This document shows positions 27,550 to 32,000 of a DNA stretch of 32,000 bases, piece by piece; position 1 is the stretch's first letter; each line of letters opens with the position of its first letter. A program made the position numbers and the translations under genes. The DNA is from Pseudomonas aeruginosa (GTDB taxonomy: Bacteria > Pseudomonadota > Gammaproteobacteria > Pseudomonadales > Pseudomonadaceae), in the NCBI RefSeq assembly GCF_001457615.1, contig NZ_LN831024.1, positions 2,040,001 through 2,072,000 on the forward strand, in the 5' to 3' direction. Under the pieces are notes generated by a model. That model searched no databases and had not been told where the DNA came from. It saw only the letters and a list, made by a program, of their open reading frames with translations.

Positions 27550-27701
27550 GATCGACGGAGGGCTCCTCGGGCTCGGCGACCGACGCGGAAAGGGGTGGGA
27601 GGGGACGGCGACGGTCCGTCCATTGAAGCACAGGTTCGGGCGTGACATTCAACCGCGTGGTTTGTGGCAAGCTGTCGTGGTTCATTCAAGCGGGGGGCTC
27701 C

Positions 27702-27923
27702 ATGCCCAGTCTCATCATGGATATCGCCCTGTCCGGCGAACGCCTGCAGGCCATCTACGGCGGCAGGGCCAATCGGGTCCTGCTGCGCAGCCGCGACGGT
27801 CGCCGGGTGAACCTGCCGGCCCATCACCTGCGTCCGTTCATCGGCCACGATGGCGTGCATGGCACGTTCCGCCTCGATTTCAGCGAGGATGGCCGCCTGC
27901 TGGCGCTGCAACGCCTCGCCTGA
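27702..27923 (+). CDS. DUF2835-family small protein
   Basis: 73 aa [73 protein letters not shown]. Confidence 0.8.
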   Translation: MPSLIMDIALSGERLQAIYGGRANRVLLRSRDGRRVNLPAHHLRPFIGHDGVHGTFRLDFSEDGRLLALQRLA

Positions 27924-27979
27924 GCGGGCGCTCGACGGCTATAATCGGCACCCTTCATTCTGCCGACCGATACCCGACC

Positions 27980-29008
27980 ATGTACACCCTGGCCCGCCAG
28001 CTGCTGTTCAAACTGTCCCCGGAAACCTCCCACGAACTGTCCATCGACCTGATCGGGGCCGGCGGCCGCCTGGGCCTGAACCGCCTGCTGACGCCCAAGC
28101 CGGCCAGTCTGCCGGTCTCTGTGCTGGGCCTGGAGTTTCCCAACCCGGTGGGGCTGGCCGCGGGCCTGGACAAGAACGGCGACGCCATCGACGGGTTCGG
28201 CCAGCTCGGTTTCGGCTTCATCGAGATCGGCACCGTCACTCCGCGACCGCAGCCGGGCAATCCCAGGCCGCGCCTGTTCCGCCTGCCGCAAGCCAACGCG
28301 ATCATCAATCGCATGGGTTTCAACAACCACGGCGTCGACCACCTGCTGGCGCGGGTGCGTGCAGCGAAGTATCGCGGCGTGCTGGGGATCAACATCGGCA
28401 AGAACTTCGATACCCCGGTGGAGCGCGCGGTCGACGACTACCTGATCTGCCTGGACAAGGTCTACGCCGACGCCAGCTACGTCACCGTCAACGTCAGCTC
28501 GCCGAACACGCCCGGCCTGCGCAGCCTGCAGTTCGGCGATTCGCTCAAGCAACTGCTGGAGGCACTGCGCCAGCGCCAGGAAGCGCTGGCGCTGCGGCAT
28601 GGCCGGCGGGTACCGCTGGCGATCAAGATCGCCCCGGACATGACCGACGAAGAGACCGCGCTGGTCGCCGCGGCGCTGGTCGAGGCGGGGATGGACGCGG
28701 TGATCGCGACCAATACCACTCTCGGCCGCGAAGGCGTGGAAGGCCTGCTGCATGGCGACGAGGCGGGTGGCCTGTCCGGCGCGCCGGTGCGGGAGAAGAG
28801 CACGCACACGGTGAAGGTGCTGGCCGGCGAGCTGGGCGGACGGCTGCCGATCATCGCCGCCGGCGGTATCACCGAGGGCGCGCACGCGGCGGAGAAGATC
28901 GCCGCCGGGGCGAGCCTGGTGCAGATCTATTCGGGTTTCATCTACAAGGGACCGGCGTTGATCCGCGAAGCGGTGGATGCCATCGCCGCTTTGCCGCGGC
29001 GGAATTGA
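27980..29008 (+). CDS. pyrD: Dihydroorotate dehydrogenase (quinone), class 2
   Basis: 342 aa from [33 protein letters not shown]; [48 protein letters not shown]; [15 protein letters not shown]. Confidence 0.97.
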   Translation: MYTLARQLLFKLSPETSHELSIDLIGAGGRLGLNRLLTPKPASLPVSVLGLEFPNPVGLAAGLDKNGDAIDGFGQLGFGFIEIGTVTPRPQPGNPRPRLFRLPQANAIINRMGFNNHGVDHLLARVRAAKYRGVLGINIGKNFDTPVERAVDDYLICLDKVYADASYVTVNVSSPNTPGLRSLQFGDSLKQLLEALRQRQEALALRHGRRVPLAIKIAPDMTDEETALVAAALVEAGMDAVIATNTTLGREGVEGLLHGDEAGGLSGAPVREKSTHTVKVLAGELGGRLPIIAAGGITEGAHAAEKIAAGASLVQIYSGFIYKGPALIREAVDAIAALPRRN

Positions 29009-29030
29009 AAAGGGCTCCTTGCGGAGCCCT
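29007..29030 (-). terminator. Terminator for rmf (minus direction), at the pyrD 3' end
   Basis: Stem AGGGCTCC-ttgc-GGAGCCCT at 29011-29030; on the minus strand it is followed by TTTT. Confidence 0.8.
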
Positions 29031-29095
29031 TGGGCTTGCGCCCGCCGCCCGGATGGGGCGTGCCTTGGGGAAATCGGTGCTATCCGTGTTGTCGC

Positions 29096-29308
29096 TTACA
29101 CGTGCTGGAGTTGATTGAGACGTTGTAAGCCGGCCGTGCCAGTGAGGCCGTCCCAGTTGTCGCCACGGCCCTCGCGCCAGCCGTTGAGCCAGGACTGCCG
29201 CGTCGTAGGATGGGTGAACGGACAAAGATCACGAGATTTACCGGTTATGCCGTTCTGATAACCACGCAAGAAGGCTCTTTCCAACGGATCACGCTTAAGT
29301 CTTCTCAT
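29096..29308 (-). CDS. rmf: Ribosome modulation factor
   Basis: 70 aa MRRLKRDPLERAFLRGYQNGITGKSRDLCPFTHPTTRQSWLNGWREGRGDNWDGLTG..., highly characteristic of RMF. Confidence 0.96.
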   Translation of the reverse strand: MRRLKRDPLERAFLRGYQNGITGKSRDLCPFTHPTTRQSWLNGWREGRGDNWDGLTGTAGLQRLNQLQHV

Positions 29309-29768
29309 AGGGTGTTGCCCTCACTTGTTGACTGTTATGTCCCGTTGGCCCCCAGGGGAGGCCTGGCGAAGCTTTCGCCGAAAGGGGTCGTTGCCGGCGT
29401 GACGACCCTCGCCCGACACCGTTGCGGTGGCGGATTAACTGGAGTTCTAACCAAAGCGTTCAGGCGTGTGAATGACCGATTTGTCATAAAGACTTAACGC
29501 TTTCGTCGATAGGGCCATATGTTGCAGGCTCATGACGCCTGGTTTCCGGCGCTAACGCCGTAGGGTCGCGGGGTTGCGCCTTATAACGTTTTGCACCCCC
29601 ACCAATTGAGATTTCCTCGCATTCCGACGAAGGGTCGCCCAGACTGCGACTCGGGGTCGCAGCGAGCAACGCCGGGAGCGTTCCGGCAATCGAACCACGG
29701 CACCTGGTGCCAAAGAAGTGCCCATGAGGGTGCTTCCACTGACAAGGGCTACGGCCCGGGAAGGCGAT

Positions 29769-31946
29769 ATGGCTGATGTTTACGAATTGTTTCTGACCTG
29801 CCCGAAAGGCCTGGAAAGCCTGCTCCTCGAAGAGGCGCAGGGGCTCGGCCTGGACGAGGCGCGCGCCCAGGTGTCGGCGGTGCGCGGACAGGGTAGCCTG
29901 GAGGTGGCCTATCGCCTCTGCCTGTGGTCGCGCCTGGCCAACCGGGTCTTGCTGGTGCTGGCGCGATTCCCGGTGGAGAACGCCGAGTCCATGTACATGG
30001 CGGTCCACGCGGTGAACTGGGAAGACCACCTGGACGCCGGCGGCACGCTGGCGGTGGAGTTCAGCGGCAAGGGCTCGGGCATCGACAACACCCATTTCGG
30101 GGCGCTGAAGGTCAAGGATGCGATCGTCGACAACCTGCGCGAGCGCTCCGGCCGACGCCCGTCGGTGGACAAGGTCAATCCGGACGTGCGCGTCCACCTG
30201 CACCTCGACCGCGGCCAGGCGACCCTCTCCTTGGACCTCTCCGGGCATAGCCTGCACCAGCGCGGCTATCGTCTGCAGCAGGGCGCCGCGCCGCTGAAGG
30301 AGAACCTGGCGGCGGCGGTGTTGATCCGTGCCGGCTGGCCGAAGATCGCCGCCGAGGGCGGTGCCCTGGCCGACCCGATGTGCGGCGTCGGCACCTTCCT
30401 GGTCGAGGCGGCGCTGATGGCTGCCGATATCGCGCCGAACCTCAGGCGCGAGCGCTGGGGCTTCAGCAATTGGCTGGGTCACGTGCCGGCGCTGTGGCGC
30501 AAGCTCCACGAGGAAGCCCAGCAGCGCGCGGCGACCGGCCTGGCCAGGCCGCCGTTGTGGATTCGCGGCTACGAGGCCGACCCGCGCCTGATCCAGCCGG
30601 CGCGCAACAATATCGAGCGTGCCGGAGTGGCCGACTGGGTGAAGATCTACCAGGGCGAACTGGCGACTTTCGAGCCGCGCCCGGACAAGGGCCAGACCGG
30701 CCTGGTGATCTGCAACCCGCCCTATGGCGAGCGTCTCGGCGACGAAGCCAGCCTGCTGTATCTCTACCAGAACCTCGGCGAGCGCCTGCGCCAGAGCTGC
30801 ATCGGCTGGAGCGCCGGGGTGTTTACCGGGGCGCCGGAACTGGGCAAGCGCATGGGCATCCGCAGCCATAAGCAATACGCGTTCTGGAACGGCGCGCTGG
30901 CCTGCAAGCTGCTGATGATCCAGGTCGAGCCGCGCCAGTTCGTCACCGGCGAGCGTGGCGAACGCAACGACGAAGGCCTGGCACGGGCGCCGAGCGAGCC
31001 GGCACGGCTGAGCGAGGGGGGGCAGATGTTCGCCAATCGCCTGCAGAAGAACCTCCGGCAACTGGGCAAATGGGCGCGCCGCGACAAGATCGAGTGCTAT
31101 CGCCTGTATGACGCCGACATGCCGGAGTATGCCCTGGCGGTGGATATCTACGGCGATTGGGTTCACGTCCAGGAGTACGCCGCGCCCAAGTCGATCGATC
31201 CGGCAAAAGCCCAGGCGCGCCTGTTCGACGCCCTGGCGGCGATTCCGCAGACCCTGGGCGTTGCCCAGGAGCGAGTGGTGGTCAAGCGCCGCGAGCGCCA
31301 GGCCGGCAAGAAGCAGTACGAACGGCAGAGCAGCGAGGGCAAGTTCCTCGAGGTGGGTGAGGGCGATGTGCGCCTGCTGGTGAACCTGACCGATTACCTG
31401 GATACCGGGCTGTTCCTCGATCACCGGCCGATGCGCCTGCGCATCCAGAAGGAGGCGGCCGGCAAGCGCTTCCTCAACCTGTTCTGCTATACCGCCACGG
31501 CCACCGTACATGCGGCCAGGGGCGGCGCGCGCAGCACCACCAGCGTCGACCTGTCGAAGACCTACCTGGACTGGGCGCGCCGCAACCTGTCGCTCAACGG
31601 CTTTTCCGACAAGCAGCGCCTGGTGCACGGCGACGTGATGGAGTGGTTGCGGGAAGACGATGGCCAGTACGAACTGATCTTCATCGACCCGCCGACCTTC
31701 TCCAACTCCAAGCGCATGGAAGGCGTGTTCGACGTGCAGCGCGACCACGTCGAACTGCTCGACCTGGCCATGGCGCGGCTGGCGCCGGGCGGGGTGCTGT
31801 ATTTCTCCAACAACTTCCGCAAGTTCGAACTGGACGAGAGCGTGCAGGCCCGCTATGCGGTCGAAGAGATCACTGGCGAAACCCTCGATCCGGATTTCGC
31901 GCGTAATCCGAAGATCCATCGGGCCTGGAGAATCACCGTTCGCTGA
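29769..31946 (+). CDS. rlmL: Bifunctional 23S rRNA methyltransferase RlmKL (m2G2445/m7G2069)
   Basis: 725 aa from MADVYELFLTCPKGLESLLLEEAQ; THUMP region; DPMCGVGTFLVEAALMAADIAPN; VICNPPYGERLG; second MTase domain FLDHRPMRLRIQ...FLNLFCYTATATVHAARGGA...IFIDPPTFSNS. Confidence 0.96.
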   Translation: MADVYELFLTCPKGLESLLLEEAQGLGLDEARAQVSAVRGQGSLEVAYRLCLWSRLANRVLLVLARFPVENAESMYMAVHAVNWEDHLDAGGTLAVEFSGKGSGIDNTHFGALKVKDAIVDNLRERSGRRPSVDKVNPDVRVHLHLDRGQATLSLDLSGHSLHQRGYRLQQGAAPLKENLAAAVLIRAGWPKIAAEGGALADPMCGVGTFLVEAALMAADIAPNLRRERWGFSNWLGHVPALWRKLHEEAQQRAATGLARPPLWIRGYEADPRLIQPARNNIERAGVADWVKIYQGELATFEPRPDKGQTGLVICNPPYGERLGDEASLLYLYQNLGERLRQSCIGWSAGVFTGAPELGKRMGIRSHKQYAFWNGALACKLLMIQVEPRQFVTGERGERNDEGLARAPSEPARLSEGGQMFANRLQKNLRQLGKWARRDKIECYRLYDADMPEYALAVDIYGDWVHVQEYAAPKSIDPAKAQARLFDALAAIPQTLGVAQERVVVKRRERQAGKKQYERQSSEGKFLEVGEGDVRLLVNLTDYLDTGLFLDHRPMRLRIQKEAAGKRFLNLFCYTATATVHAARGGARSTTSVDLSKTYLDWARRNLSLNGFSDKQRLVHGDVMEWLREDDGQYELIFIDPPTFSNSKRMEGVFDVQRDHVELLDLAMARLAPGGVLYFSNNFRKFELDESVQARYAVEEITGETLDPDFARNPKIHRAWRITVR

Positions 31947-31965
31947 GGCGAGCGGCATTCATGCA

Positions 31966-32000
31966 AAAGGCCGCCGGCGGGCAACCGCTGGCGGCCTTTT
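31966..32000 (+). terminator. Rho-independent terminator after rlmL
   Basis: AAAAGGCCGCC...GGCGGCCTTTT, 11-bp perfect arms with a T-tract at the window edge. Confidence 0.85.

Noticed and set aside
29210-29497. 95-aa plus-strand ORF overlapping rmf antisense
   Set aside because: Overlaps a confident rmf gene on the other strand; no recognisable domain.

Overview
This 32 kb, high-GC window matches a Pseudomonas aeruginosa-type chromosome. The species call comes from recognising the gene order and proteins, not from a database search. Left to right it holds: (1) a minus-strand MoxR ATPase / DUF58 / DUF4381 / BatA-like vWA cluster (1-3016); (2) a putative lipoprotein (about 3357-4127); (3) a large-type NAD-dependent glutamate dehydrogenase, gdhB (4400-9262), with a terminator; (4) an AT-rich intergenic region carrying two FleQ-box-like sites, then the complete pelABCDEFG exopolysaccharide operon (9824-22019) with a strong terminator; (5) a small poorly characterised cluster of a 76-aa Cox/excisionase-like protein and two tandem 158-aa HTH paralogues (22060-23406), with a 41-bp near-symmetric palindrome upstream; (6) minus-strand genes for an M14-type zinc carboxypeptidase, an alpha/beta hydrolase and a conserved hypothetical protein, followed by plus-strand DUF2835; (7) pyrD, rmf and rlmL (rlmKL). 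No CRISPR array, tRNA/rRNA, transposase or prophage structural gene was recognised. Most of the window is ordinary core genome. The parts most worth a second look are the HTH pair and its palindrome, a related short motif upstream of pel, a possible GTG start for pelA, and the structured rmf/rlmL intergenic region. I found no convincing evidence of a wholly new multi-gene system.
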